In this document: piece by piece, positions 10,704-20,969 of the stretch | How the letters are laid out: each line of letters begins with the position of its first letter | Position numbering within the stretch: the stretch's first letter is position 1 | DNA from: Monocercomonoides exilis PA203 | Lineage: Eukaryota; Protista; Preaxostyla | Length of the DNA stretch: 64,000 nucleotides | Direction of reading: 5' to 3' | NCBI GenBank assembly: GCA_001643675.2 | Contig: LSRY02000028.1 | Span: forward strand, 1,116,001 to 1,180,000 | The notes under the pieces: generated by a model | The model's database searches: none | What the model saw: the letters and a program-made list of their open reading frames with translations, nothing else | Told to the model about the DNA's origin: nothing | Program-made: the position numbers and the translations under genes

Positions 10704-13700
10704 ATGAAACGAAAAAACTATTTTAAAAAGTGGAATGAATTTTTTCGCTTTATTTTGGTGTTGTGTTATTTGGAAAATAGTTTATTTGCGAATTCAAACA
10801 ACGAGAATTGTAATCAGCAATCTACATCTTCAGTTCGACGTGAAATCGTTCATTTCGCACATTCAAATGGTAATTCAAAATTAGATGATGTAAAGGTTCC
10901 ATGTGCAAGCACGTCTTTTGTTGATTTTTCTTCTTTATCGTCGAAATCTTTTTTACAAGATTTTTCTTTGCCTTATGAACTTCATGATGAAAATGGAGAC
11001 GATTTAGATATATTTTTTGCTGAAGAAAATCATCCTAAAGTTTTTATTACTCTTTCTTTTTTTTCAATGGAAGGAATGGATGATGACATGGTCGATAATA
11101 CAAAACTTGTTGTAAAGCGTGAATTCTTGATTGAACGAGGCGTTGGTATCTTATTTTTGCGTCACATGCGCGCTCAGTTGTGCCACTCTCCTATATTAGT
11201 TATTACAGCTTCTCTAACTTTGGATTCTCAAACATCTTCTTTACTTGGAAGTCCTTTTGTATTTCAACCAATGTTCAGTGATCCTACAAATATTATATCG
11301 TATATACAAACAAAGAAATGTTCATCCCCTCTTTTGTACACGAAAGACTCGCACATTTCTTTACCAGTTGGTGACATAATTCTTGTTCATTTTCGTGTTA
11401 CAATTTCATCTAGCGATTCATCAAATGATACGGTTATCTCAGATCTAACGGGTGTTGATTTATCGTCACTTCAAATTCACATTACTCCACCCCATAAACT
11501 TATTGATGAGCAAAAACCAAGCACAGCAAGAGAGAATGCGGAAGATGAAAACGAAGTTATATTGGATCTTCAGTCAAGAATTCATCAATCAGATGAAACG
11601 TTCGCTGCGCGCCTTGAAGTATGGAGAGCAAACGAAGACGAAAAAGAAAGAGAGGTTGGCTATCGGGCCTTTGAAAATGGAGAGTTCGCAAGAGATGGAA
11701 GCGAGCAGATGAGCACTCATAATAGACAATCCCCAAGCGCATCTGTAGCTGAAGGTTCAGCAGCAAAGGGGAGTTTCTCTCTGAGCAAACAGGAAAAGAA
11801 GGCGCCAAAAGGAGTTCTGCCTTCGAATGCTGCTGAAAGTGCTTGTGAGTTGCCGCTGCTGCGTGCGAATGGCGAGCAAGAAGACGACGAGATTGTTCTG
11901 CTGCTGAGAGTGTGGCGGAACGGAGAGTATCTCATCAAAGCGACAATGAACAGCGGAGTCTCCGACGGAGAGGCTGAGGATGAGCAGGCGAAGGAGGATG
12001 CTGCAGAAGTGAAGCAGATTGAGAGCAAAACAATCTCTCTGGTTGCTTCCACTCAGTCCATATGCCCATCGATGTCTGTTGTCACTCTTCTGCAGGTCAA
12101 TGACTTTGAGGTTACTAACACAAACACAAGTTCTTCTGATGCATCATTGAAATTGTCATCATCATCATCTTCTTCTTCTTCTTCCTCTTCTCTTTCTTCT
12201 TCTTCTTCTTCTCATTTTTCCTTCTCCTCCTCTTTCTCTCCTTCTCTCTTCGATCTTTCTCTTTCTCCTCCTCAAAGTATACTCAGCGCTCCTTCTCAAA
12301 ATTCTCATTCTTCTTCTTCTTCTTCTTCTTCTTCTTCTTCTTCTTCTTCTTCTTCTTCTTCTTCTTCTTCTTCTTCTTCTTCTTCCATTTTAACTCAAAC
12401 AATTCCCATTCATGTTTCTGCTGGTGGATCAGTCGATCTGCTTGTGGAGTTGTTCGATCCATTCTCCAATCCAGTTGCCAACACAACCAGCTCTTTTCAG
12501 AAGGAAAGTGCTTCAGGAGATGAAGCAGCAGAAGACGATGCATTCGACATAAACGATTGGATTGTGGCTCAATTTGCATGTCCGTTTGAATATGCTGAAG
12601 CGAATAATGCGCAAACATCTTCTTCTTCTTCTTCTTCTTCTTCTTCTTCTTCTTCAAATACGAACACAAACCTTCCCCTGAAGCTCCTGTCCTCCACCTT
12701 CAACAAATACACCATCCGTGTGACGCTCCCATCTGCCCGCAGCTGTCCCATCTATCTTTCCCTTCACTCGCCCCGCTGCGACCCAGCTGCCAACAACGAG
12801 GCGTTGAATGGGACGCCTCTGCCGTTTCTTGTCCATCCTGTCTCATTCGACCCCAAAAACACGAAAGTTGAGTGGCCTGGCTTGTCTGTGCTGAAGGTAC
12901 CACGAGAAACAGGCGGAGTTGGATATTTGAAAGGAGCGTCAAATGGAACATCAGAAGGAATATCAGAAGTGCCTTTAAAAGGAGCAGTGAAAGGGTCTCT
13001 TGTGCCAGATGACTCGAAAGGTGTGTCGTTTCTGATCTCAACGAAGGACAAGGTGGGCAGCTCGTGTGTGTTGGACGATGCAGAATTGAACGAATTCACT
13101 CTGAAGGTGATGACAGGGATTGACTTGGAAGACACAGAAGACGATGAAGAAGAAAGAAAGAGACTGATAAAAGAACAGAAAGTGGTGCATATTGAGAAGC
13201 TTGTGTATGTTCCTTCACCATCTTCTTCCTCCTCCTCCTCCAACTCTTCAATAGAAAGTGACAGCACGTCCATTCTGACACGATCTGCATCTGATCCATC
13301 TCTTCTGATAGCGCACTGGATGTACTCTTCACTCTCACCTGGCAAATACTCCATCAACCTCTGCTTGAATGAGGAGAATGTTGGCGACGAGTGGAAAGTC
13401 AAAGTGCAGCCAGGGTATCCTGCTCTGAAGTACACACAACTGCAGCTGGCAACGATGGAGCATGATGTGAGCGATGAGGAAGAGATGAAAAAATTGAAGT
13501 GGGTGACTGTATTTGACGGGTGGGAGAGAGAACACAAGAAAGCATCAAATAGCAATGAAAAAGAAGAAGAAAATGTGGAAGAGCATTACATCAACAGCCA
13601 ATCCAATGGAGGCGATAATGATATGGAAGACCCGCATGACTGGTATGAGTCGTATCTGAGGCATGGCATTATTGATGCAGGGGCTTATCTGTTTGTGCGA

Positions 13701-16700
13701 GTTGTTCTGTCAGACTCAGAGCACAACATCCATTCAACAGACACACAATACATCGAAGATGTCAATGTGAAGCTGGTGGATATCCTGTCTGTCGAAGGAG
13801 AAGTCATCACGTTCAACCAGAAGGTGTTCAAAGACAAGAGCAGAGGAAAAGGAAAAAACAGCAATTTCAATGAAACAGCAACATCTTCTTCTTCTTCTTC
13901 TTCTTCTTCTTCTTCTTCTTCTTCTTCTTCTTCTTCTTCTTCTTCTTCTTCTTCTTCTTCTTCTTCTTCTTCTTCTTCATCCACATCTTCTTCTTCTTCT
14001 TCTTCTTCTTCTTCTTCTTCTTCTTCTTCTTCTTCTTCTTCTTCTTCTTCTTCTTCTTCTTCTTCTTCTTCTTCTTCTTCTTCTTCTTCTTCTTCTTCTT
14101 CTTCTTCTACAATCATTTCATCATCAACACACACACACAATCACAATAACAATGACGATGAAGACGATTCACTGAAATACACATCTGTCTTCTCAGCCAA
14201 ACTAACCAAAAGAGCTAATTATGTTTTTGTACTCACATTTCGTGATCAATACTTGGAGACCATCTCAGCTCCATCACATTCATCTTCATCTTCTTCATCT
14301 TCATTGTCCAATTCCCAATCAAACAAACTGCCTGCCAACTTCAACATCTTTGTGAAGTCTTCTTCTGTCCACACGCCTTCCTCCCTTGTCTTCCCTCTGA
14401 TCTCGCCTGTTGGAGTGAATGAGACAATGCTCATTCCAGTCGCCCTCTTCGACAGCTTCGACAATCAAGTGACACTCTTCTCTGAGCTGAAGAAGCAGAA
14501 CATCGAAGTCAGCATGCGGGTGATATCTGAGATAGAAGACGATCCAAAGACACCTGATGACTATACTGATGATAATGACGATGATGATAAAGAAGATGAA
14601 AAGAAAAAGAGCAGAAGGAATTCAGATGAGAAAGTGAATGGAACAGATGTGAAATACATCAATGGAAAGAAATATGTCCCTGTTCCTCCGCCAAAATGGC
14701 TGTTAGACTATCACAAACAGAATTTGAGACAGAACAATCAATCAACATCTGCAACAACATCTTCTTCCTCTTCTTCTTCTTCTTCTTCTCATTCCAATGA
14801 CCTTGTCCACTGGTTCAGTGTTCCTTTCACAATGCGTCCGATCTTTAAGAACGAGGTGTATCCTGCCTCGCCCCATCCAAAGTGCCACAAGCCGAGTTTT
14901 GAGCTCTCTCTCGACTCGCCCACCAACCACATCGCCCTCGTCGCCCAGTTCCGTCTGAAGATCGGCGACACTTATGTCTCCCCTGAAAGTGATGTTGTCA
15001 GATTTGAGTCTTCGCCTGTTGTAATGTTTGAGAACTCCCTCTTTTCGATGGATTCAAACTTCACCACGAGAAATGAGCCAGCTATTGGATTTCTTTCTCT
15101 CTATGACATGTACAAAAACTCCTTCGACTGCACCACTGCTGTCATGAGTGACATCTCATTCATTTTGTATCAGTTCGAATATGACGACGAAATCAACAAT
15201 TCTTCAAGAGCTGCTAATAACAGCACAGCAAATGGAAAGCCATCGCATTTGGCATCTTTTCAGAGCAAAAAACAATCAACTCGCTTTTCTCCCTCAGAAC
15301 ACACAAACAGCAGAAGCAACGATGAATTTGAGAGAATATGCGACGAGAGCATTCTGATTGACTCGTCTGGAAGGAGAAGACAGCCAGTTGCTGTTCTGAA
15401 GAAGAAATGCCGCGATCCGTTTGATTTGCCATCTCATTCACCAAATCCATTTCCATCTTATTCCTCTTCTTCTTCTTCTTCTTCAAACACATTATTCACC
15501 TATTTCTCTTCTCCATCAACTATAACCTCTCAAGTGGAGTTCAACATGGACATAGCAGAACATGGGTATTATTGCCTTGTGGCCACTCACTCACTCGATA
15601 GAAACGTCAAAATCTTCCAGTCGATCAACGTCTTCCCAACTGAAATAAGCAAAAGATACACTTCTTATTGCTTTTCATCTTCGCCTATCTTTTCTTCTTC
15701 TTCGTCTACTGCCAATTCTCAATCGAATTCTCTTTCGTCATCTTCTTCTACTTTCCATTCTCTCATCCCATCAACATCAACATCAACAGCATCATCATCT
15801 TCCTCTTCCTCTTCAATTCCGAGTGAAGAAGTGTTCACTGCAGGGCAGACGATCTACCTCACTCTGCGTGTGAAGGGAGTGAATGGCGATCCCATCGCAT
15901 GTCATTCGCAGAGACCAGATGAGACCTATTCGCGTGTGCTGGTGTCGATTCCTGCGAGTTGGATGCCCAATTTGAGTGAGATGGAGAGAGAGAAGGAGAA
16001 AGTGAAGGAAAAGATGGAGAAAGAGAGGGAAAGGGAGAAGGAGCACAAGAGGAAAAAGGAGAGAGATTTTGGCTTGTTTGGCTTGGGAGGGCATTTGAAG
16101 AGCAGAAAAGAGGAGGAAGGGATGCTGTTGTGGAGTGGAGGAAATATCAGCTGGATGAGTGCAGCCAGCAACACTACAAAAGAACTGAGGCTGCGCAACT
16201 TCACAAAATCTACTATGAAATGGCAGCTTCCGAAATCATCTTCATCTCATTCATTGTATGTGTGTATGTCCACTTGTGGAAGAGCAGAAGGTGAATTTAT
16301 TGTTCCTCTCCGCTTGACACGTGCTGGAAGAGTGCCATTGACTGTTGATCTTTCTCGTGGCATCATCAAAGACGAGGTGCTTGATCCAGTTGATGATGAT
16401 GATAATGGCAGAAGAGTGAATGAGGAGGTGAGAAAGACAAGAAAGATGGCAAATAGGAATGGAATGGGTGGAAGAGCACTTAAGGCAGAGGAGGCAGAAG
16501 AAGAAGAGATCATCACAAGATATTCTGAGTATCTGCGCAGAAAAGCAGATGCCTCTTCCTCTTCTACTGCTTCTTCTTTTTCAAATTCATCGAACTTCCC
16601 TGATGCATCGATGACACGTGTGGTGTTTGACCCGCTGTGGAATGGAACAGTCTTGATTGTTGCTGGTGAGGTTGATGTTAGCAAGACAGAAGTGCTCTCT

Positions 16701-19700
16701 TCGCTCACAAAAGTGAAGGAGAAAGCGAAGATCTTCCGAAAAATGCCAAAAGTGCTGAAGGAGAAGGATATCAGGAGTGTCTTAGCTGACTCGCCAGATG
16801 TGCAGATGAGCGATATTTTGGATATCCCAACTATTTCTGTGTCGTCGCACATTCAGTTCAACGACAAGTATCTGAATCCAGTGACTTGTTCTGAGCGGCT
16901 GGTAGACAGACTGAAGGTGGAGTTGGTCTTCCAACACACAAACGAGAGTGAAAAATCGAATGAGAAAGACAGAAAGTCAGAAAGTACAACTTCTTTTGCC
17001 ACATCCACAGAAGATTCCCTCATTCAGACTGAGTTGACGTGCAGTGCAGATCCAGCGACTGATCCGTCAGTCCATTTGACACTGAAGAATGTGCCTGAAA
17101 GTGCTCGCTTCCACGCTGTCATCCATTTAGACGATGCTCTCATTCCACTCCACCTCACTTTTGAGCCATCTGCACCGAGCGTGGCATCTTCCTTCATGAA
17201 AGAGCACACACCGGCTGTGCTTTCAATCATCTTCTTCACTTTCTCCTCGTTTCTGCTGTTACTTATCTTCGTCTTCCGCAACAAGCTATCTATTTCTAAG
17301 CGGGAGAGGAGGAAGAAGGAGATGGCAGCCAACGACAAGGCACTTGAAGCATCTCTTCTCGAAGACAAGGAAAGCTCGTGGGACATCGCTGGCTCAAAAG
17401 TGAAGTTTCTGAAGCAAGTTTCGAGAGGCACGACAGGAGAGGTGTTTTTGGCAGACTGGGATGGGCTGATGGTCGCAGTGAAGTGCATCTACAGAAGTGA
17501 TGTGGTGTCTGTCTCGATGACTGCCACTGCCTCTTCTTCATCTGCTTCCTCTGCGCCATCATCATCATCATCCTCTTCTTCTTCTTCTTCTTCTGATTGT
17601 CCTTCTGTTCTGAATGCTGCCAGTCAGAGTGCAAAAGCACAAAGGAAAGGAAATGAAGAGAATGGAGACATTAGCAAAGCTGCGAATGACTCAAAGAAAA
17701 ACCAGATGAATCAATCGATAGTGAAAGCCCACCCATCAAATGAGGCTTCTGCTTCACTAATTTCATTCATCAACCAATTGGAGAATGCTAACAACATTTC
17801 AGCTGGAAATGGGAATGCTTCAAATAATCCTTCACTTTCAAGCACAAATGTCATTCTGAATGGAAAAGCTGTCTCAGAACAAGAGCAATCAAATGGGATG
17901 CAATTGGCAGAAGGAGGGAATGCTCAATGCGAACGACCGAAAACAGTGGAAGAGCTGTTGGAATTGGCAAAGGCTGTTCCTGTGTGGCGAGGGAATGAGA
18001 AGCTAAAGAGCTCTGCCTCATTCAGCATCCCTTCGTTTTCAATTGTGAGGAAGTCGACATCAACCAGCCAAATTCAGACAGAAAAAGATGCTCAAACAAA
18101 GAAAGCTCAATCACAACAAACAGAAGACAGCCAAATTGAAGCTGTTTCTGACACAACTCCGCTGCTTGCAAAGAGCAGCAATCGTTCTTATTCCACTTCA
18201 TCTTCAACACATTCACATTCACATTCACAATCATCTTCCTCCTCTTCCTCATCCACTACAATTTACAGATTGCCCGACAACCTTCTTCGCAAAGCAACAC
18301 TTGTACCTCTTCCAATCACTCCTCTCCCATCCACTTCTTTCTCTCCTTCCATCTTTTCTCCCTCTTGTCTGCTCAACCCATCTCTTCAGATGCCAATGCC
18401 CAGCCCTCCTTCTGCTGCCTTCCCGAATGCCAACTCTTTCACTCAAAATGCATCTGCAAAAGGAAACAATAACGACAGAAACAATTCGATGAATACAAAC
18501 ATTGGATATGGCAGCAGGGCAGATATGAACTCATCATCATCATCCCCGTCTGCTTCTTCTTCTTCTTATCAATCAGCTCAAAGTCTGATGCACTCACAAA
18601 ACAGCACTCGTTCGCATCCACTTTCTTCTTCTTCGACAACTTTGCTCAGCAACAAATCTTCTTCTCATTCGTCTTCTCTCATCTTATCTCCCAACTCCAC
18701 ACTCACACCACCACTCACACCAACACCTTCAACACCCACTACACCATCACATTCTTCTTCTCTTTCTTCTTCTCCTTCTTCCTCTCCATTCTCCTCTCCT
18801 TCCACTTCTTCTCTTGCTCCTCCTTCTCCCTCAGTGACTGCCCTGTATGCTTTGCACATTGCCACTGGTGAGCACATTTATGACTCTGAGCCAGAAATTC
18901 TGAAATGTCTGTCGCATCCCAACATCGTCCCTCTCTTTGGCACCATCACCGATGCCTCGCGGGTGATGATGGTGATGGAGTACATCCCCACCACGCTCCA
19001 CGACATCGTCTATGCAGACCTCTCCAGACAGCGCAAGACTCTCAACGACGGCAACAAAACAGGACGTTCCTTTGGATTATCTTCGTCTGGTGCTTCTGCT
19101 ATGGACTCTGCTGCCAGCAAGATGATTGTTCCTTCTCCACTCCACTCGCTCCTCAATCCGAAGCGGATGTTTTCAGACAGTTTGTCTTCTGCTTCATCAG
19201 CAGACCGAATGCCGTTGCATCCACGTATTGCACTCACCCTCTCTCTGGGCGTGGCGCGTGGGCTGTGCTATCTGCACGACCTGTCTCCGAAGATTGTGCA
19301 TGGCGATCTTTCACTGCGGAATGTGCTGGTTGATTATGAGCTGCGGGTGAAGCTGTGCGACTTTGGGTGTGCGAGGAAGTTGGAGTGGATGGCAGACGGG
19401 GCAACAGCCTATGCGATCAGAAAGAAGATGTATTTGAGAAGAAGAAGAGAGTTGTTGATGAAGAGGAGGCTGATGGGATGGATGGGGAAGGCAAGAACTG
19501 AGTCAAGGAAAGCAGCGCTTGTGTTGGATAGCGATGCATTTGAGATGACGTTGGAGGAAGAGAAGGAAGAAGAAGAAATGTTCCGCAAAGAGATGGAGAG
19601 TAGAGAGATGGGAAGTGAGAGGAATGGGAATGGAAGGATGTTGGAGGAAGAGAAAAGAGAAGCTGACTTGGCTATTAATTCAGGGAAAGAACATGACATT

Positions 19701-20969
19701 TACTGCATTCGCGATGACCTGAATCTGACAATGAATGAAAAAGAGCAGATGCAAATGAATGGAATGGGCAGTGAGCAAAAGAAAGAGAGAAATGAAGATG
19801 GAAGCAGAAAATCAACAGAAGCTTGTTTGACAGCATCTCAGCTTAGTAACTACGAAGAGTGTGAAGAGGATTATTCAATAACATTCCTTCCACCAGCAGA
19901 TGAAGTGAAAGCATGCTCACTTTCAAATTCGTCTTCTTCTTCTTCATCTCCTTCCTCATTGCCATCTGCATCTTCTTCTTCTTCTTCTTCATTCATGCAA
20001 CCTTCTTCTGCTCCTTCGGTGAATGTTACTTCATCCACTTCAGAAAGTCTTCTGCCAAGCAGCTTGTATCCCTCAAATGACATGTTCCTGAAGCAAAATC
20101 CAGACAATTCGCAAATCAGAGACAAAACACGCAAAGATGCATCGCCATTGACAATTCAGCCATCTTCTTTTGCTCGCAAACGGAGTTATGCTCGTCCACA
20201 CCTTCAAACATCTTCCTCATCATCAAACATGTCTTCATCTTCGCTGACTTCATTATCATTGGCCACTTCCACATCGCCTTCCTCTTCTTCTTCATTATCA
20301 TCTGCTTCATCGTCTTCATCGTCTCCCTCGTATGAATTGGAGTGTGGATGTGCCTTCTGCACAGCACTCACCGATCCTCAGCGCCACTCCACTTATTCCC
20401 TCTTTCCTCTGCTGTCGTTCTCTCAGTCTCTTTATGATGCACCTGAAGTTGTGGCTGGCTGCAAGCTGATTGATGAGAAGGCAGATGTCTACTCATTTGG
20501 CATCATCCTCCACGAGACATTCACTGGACACAAGCCATTCCAGGTGGATGAGCTGAATGCACTGAAGCACCCTTCAATGAACATGTGCTCACCTTACTCT
20601 GTCTCTGACTCCCGCATCGAGATGAGCAAGCAGAGGCAGTTTGGCAGTGATGTGATGAGAGAAGGCAGAGGAGGAGAGTGGCAAAGCGAATACAAGAGTG
20701 ATGTGACTGGAAGGATGGGTGGAAATATGAATGTGTTGAATGGCAGCAGCATCAGTAGCAATGGCTCATCTCGCTCGCCTTCTTCTTTTGCTGATGCCTC
20801 TTCTGCAGACTCCGCCCTGAACAGCCGTCTGCTCATTCCTCGCCCTGATTCGGGTGTCCCTCATTTCCTGTCTCAGCTGATGTGTGCATGTTGGCGCCCC
20901 ATTCCGCATCAGCGCCCGACAATGAATGAAATTGTAGATGTGCTGTCAAGTCTGACACAGATGCTTTGA
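10704..20969 (+). CDS. Giant single-pass receptor kinase (TKL/TK-like) with filamin/Ig-like ectodomain repeats
   Basis: One open frame, with a signal-peptide-like segment after ATG 10704. Repeated motifs of the type AG...L.V...D.F.N. TM helix AVLSIIFFTFSSFLLLLIFVF (~17214-17276) followed by basic residues. Kinase motifs in order: SRGTTGEV, VAVK, HPNIV, VMEY, HGDLSLRN, DFG, APE, DVYSFG, CW..RP. Confidence 0.9.
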   Translation: MKRKNYFKKWNEFFRFILVLCYLENSLFANSNNENCNQQSTSSVRREIVHFAHSNGNSKLDDVKVPCASTSFVDFSSLSSKSFLQDFSLPYELHDENGDDLDIFFAEENHPKVFITLSFFSMEGMDDDMVDNTKLVVKREFLIERGVGILFLRHMRAQLCHSPILVITASLTLDSQTSSLLGSPFVFQPMFSDPTNIISYIQTKKCSSPLLYTKDSHISLPVGDIILVHFRVTISSSDSSNDTVISDLTGVDLSSLQIHITPPHKLIDEQKPSTARENAEDENEVILDLQSRIHQSDETFAARLEVWRANEDEKEREVGYRAFENGEFARDGSEQMSTHNRQSPSASVAEGSAAKGSFSLSKQEKKAPKGVLPSNAAESACELPLLRANGEQEDDEIVLLLRVWRNGEYLIKATMNSGVSDGEAEDEQAKEDAAEVKQIESKTISLVASTQSICPSMSVVTLLQVNDFEVTNTNTSSSDASLKLSSSSSSSSSSSSLSSSSSSHFSFSSSFSPSLFDLSLSPPQSILSAPSQNSHSSSSSSSSSSSSSSSSSSSSSSSSSSILTQTIPIHVSAGGSVDLLVELFDPFSNPVANTTSSFQKESASGDEAAEDDAFDINDWIVAQFACPFEYAEANNAQTSSSSSSSSSSSSSNTNTNLPLKLLSSTFNKYTIRVTLPSARSCPIYLSLHSPRCDPAANNEALNGTPLPFLVHPVSFDPKNTKVEWPGLSVLKVPRETGGVGYLKGASNGTSEGISEVPLKGAVKGSLVPDDSKGVSFLISTKDKVGSSCVLDDAELNEFTLKVMTGIDLEDTEDDEEERKRLIKEQKVVHIEKLVYVPSPSSSSSSSNSSIESDSTSILTRSASDPSLLIAHWMYSSLSPGKYSINLCLNEENVGDEWKVKVQPGYPALKYTQLQLATMEHDVSDEEEMKKLKWVTVFDGWEREHKKASNSNEKEEENVEEHYINSQSNGGDNDMEDPHDWYESYLRHGIIDAGAYLFVRVVLSDSEHNIHSTDTQYIEDVNVKLVDILSVEGEVITFNQKVFKDKSRGKGKNSNFNETATSSSSSSSSSSSSSSSSSSSSSSSSSSSSSSSSSTSSSSSSSSSSSSSSSSSSSSSSSSSSSSSSSSSSSSSSSSSTIISSSTHTHNHNNNDDEDDSLKYTSVFSAKLTKRANYVFVLTFRDQYLETISAPSHSSSSSSSSLSNSQSNKLPANFNIFVKSSSVHTPSSLVFPLISPVGVNETMLIPVALFDSFDNQVTLFSELKKQNIEVSMRVISEIEDDPKTPDDYTDDNDDDDKEDEKKKSRRNSDEKVNGTDVKYINGKKYVPVPPPKWLLDYHKQNLRQNNQSTSATTSSSSSSSSSSHSNDLVHWFSVPFTMRPIFKNEVYPASPHPKCHKPSFELSLDSPTNHIALVAQFRLKIGDTYVSPESDVVRFESSPVVMFENSLFSMDSNFTTRNEPAIGFLSLYDMYKNSFDCTTAVMSDISFILYQFEYDDEINNSSRAANNSTANGKPSHLASFQSKKQSTRFSPSEHTNSRSNDEFERICDESILIDSSGRRRQPVAVLKKKCRDPFDLPSHSPNPFPSYSSSSSSSSNTLFTYFSSPSTITSQVEFNMDIAEHGYYCLVATHSLDRNVKIFQSINVFPTEISKRYTSYCFSSSPIFSSSSSTANSQSNSLSSSSSTFHSLIPSTSTSTASSSSSSSSIPSEEVFTAGQTIYLTLRVKGVNGDPIACHSQRPDETYSRVLVSIPASWMPNLSEMEREKEKVKEKMEKEREREKEHKRKKERDFGLFGLGGHLKSRKEEEGMLLWSGGNISWMSAASNTTKELRLRNFTKSTMKWQLPKSSSSHSLYVCMSTCGRAEGEFIVPLRLTRAGRVPLTVDLSRGIIKDEVLDPVDDDDNGRRVNEEVRKTRKMANRNGMGGRALKAEEAEEEEIITRYSEYLRRKADASSSSTASSFSNSSNFPDASMTRVVFDPLWNGTVLIVAGEVDVSKTEVLSSLTKVKEKAKIFRKMPKVLKEKDIRSVLADSPDVQMSDILDIPTISVSSHIQFNDKYLNPVTCSERLVDRLKVELVFQHTNESEKSNEKDRKSESTTSFATSTEDSLIQTELTCSADPATDPSVHLTLKNVPESARFHAVIHLDDALIPLHLTFEPSAPSVASSFMKEHTPAVLSIIFFTFSSFLLLLIFVFRNKLSISKRERRKKEMAANDKALEASLLEDKESSWDIAGSKVKFLKQVSRGTTGEVFLADWDGLMVAVKCIYRSDVVSVSMTATASSSSASSAPSSSSSSSSSSSSDCPSVLNAASQSAKAQRKGNEENGDISKAANDSKKNQMNQSIVKAHPSNEASASLISFINQLENANNISAGNGNASNNPSLSSTNVILNGKAVSEQEQSNGMQLAEGGNAQCERPKTVEELLELAKAVPVWRGNEKLKSSASFSIPSFSIVRKSTSTSQIQTEKDAQTKKAQSQQTEDSQIEAVSDTTPLLAKSSNRSYSTSSSTHSHSHSQSSSSSSSSTTIYRLPDNLLRKATLVPLPITPLPSTSFSPSIFSPSCLLNPSLQMPMPSPPSAAFPNANSFTQNASAKGNNNDRNNSMNTNIGYGSRADMNSSSSSPSASSSSYQSAQSLMHSQNSTRSHPLSSSSTTLLSNKSSSHSSSLILSPNSTLTPPLTPTPSTPTTPSHSSSLSSSPSSSPFSSPSTSSLAPPSPSVTALYALHIATGEHIYDSEPEILKCLSHPNIVPLFGTITDASRVMMVMEYIPTTLHDIVYADLSRQRKTLNDGNKTGRSFGLSSSGASAMDSAASKMIVPSPLHSLLNPKRMFSDSLSSASSADRMPLHPRIALTLSLGVARGLCYLHDLSPKIVHGDLSLRNVLVDYELRVKLCDFGCARKLEWMADGATAYAIRKKMYLRRRRELLMKRRLMGWMGKARTESRKAALVLDSDAFEMTLEEEKEEEEMFRKEMESREMGSERNGNGRMLEEEKREADLAINSGKEHDIYCIRDDLNLTMNEKEQMQMNGMGSEQKKERNEDGSRKSTEACLTASQLSNYEECEEDYSITFLPPADEVKACSLSNSSSSSSSPSSLPSASSSSSSSFMQPSSAPSVNVTSSTSESLLPSSLYPSNDMFLKQNPDNSQIRDKTRKDASPLTIQPSSFARKRSYARPHLQTSSSSSNMSSSSLTSLSLATSTSPSSSSSLSSASSSSSSPSYELECGCAFCTALTDPQRHSTYSLFPLLSFSQSLYDAPEVVAGCKLIDEKADVYSFGIILHETFTGHKPFQVDELNALKHPSMNMCSPYSVSDSRIEMSKQRQFGSDVMREGRGGEWQSEYKSDVTGRMGGNMNVLNGSSISSNGSSRSPSSFADASSADSALNSRLLIPRPDSGVPHFLSQLMCACWRPIPHQRPTMNEIVDVLSSLTQML
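12308..12386 (+). repeat. (TCT)n microsatellite encoding poly-Ser
   Basis: Directly visible, in frame within the kinase ORF. Confidence 0.9.
13884..14108 (+). repeat. (TCT)n microsatellite, ~225 bp, encoding ~75 residues of almost pure Ser
   Basis: Directly visible, with one interruption (tcatccaca) near 13977-13985. Confidence 0.95.

Noticed and set aside
13685-14175. Poly-Glu, poly-Leu and poly-Lys ORFs overlapping TCT tracts (also at 12283-12751, 43299-43796, 45952-46403)
   Set aside because: These are alternative-frame or antisense shadows of stop-free microsatellites inside real genes.
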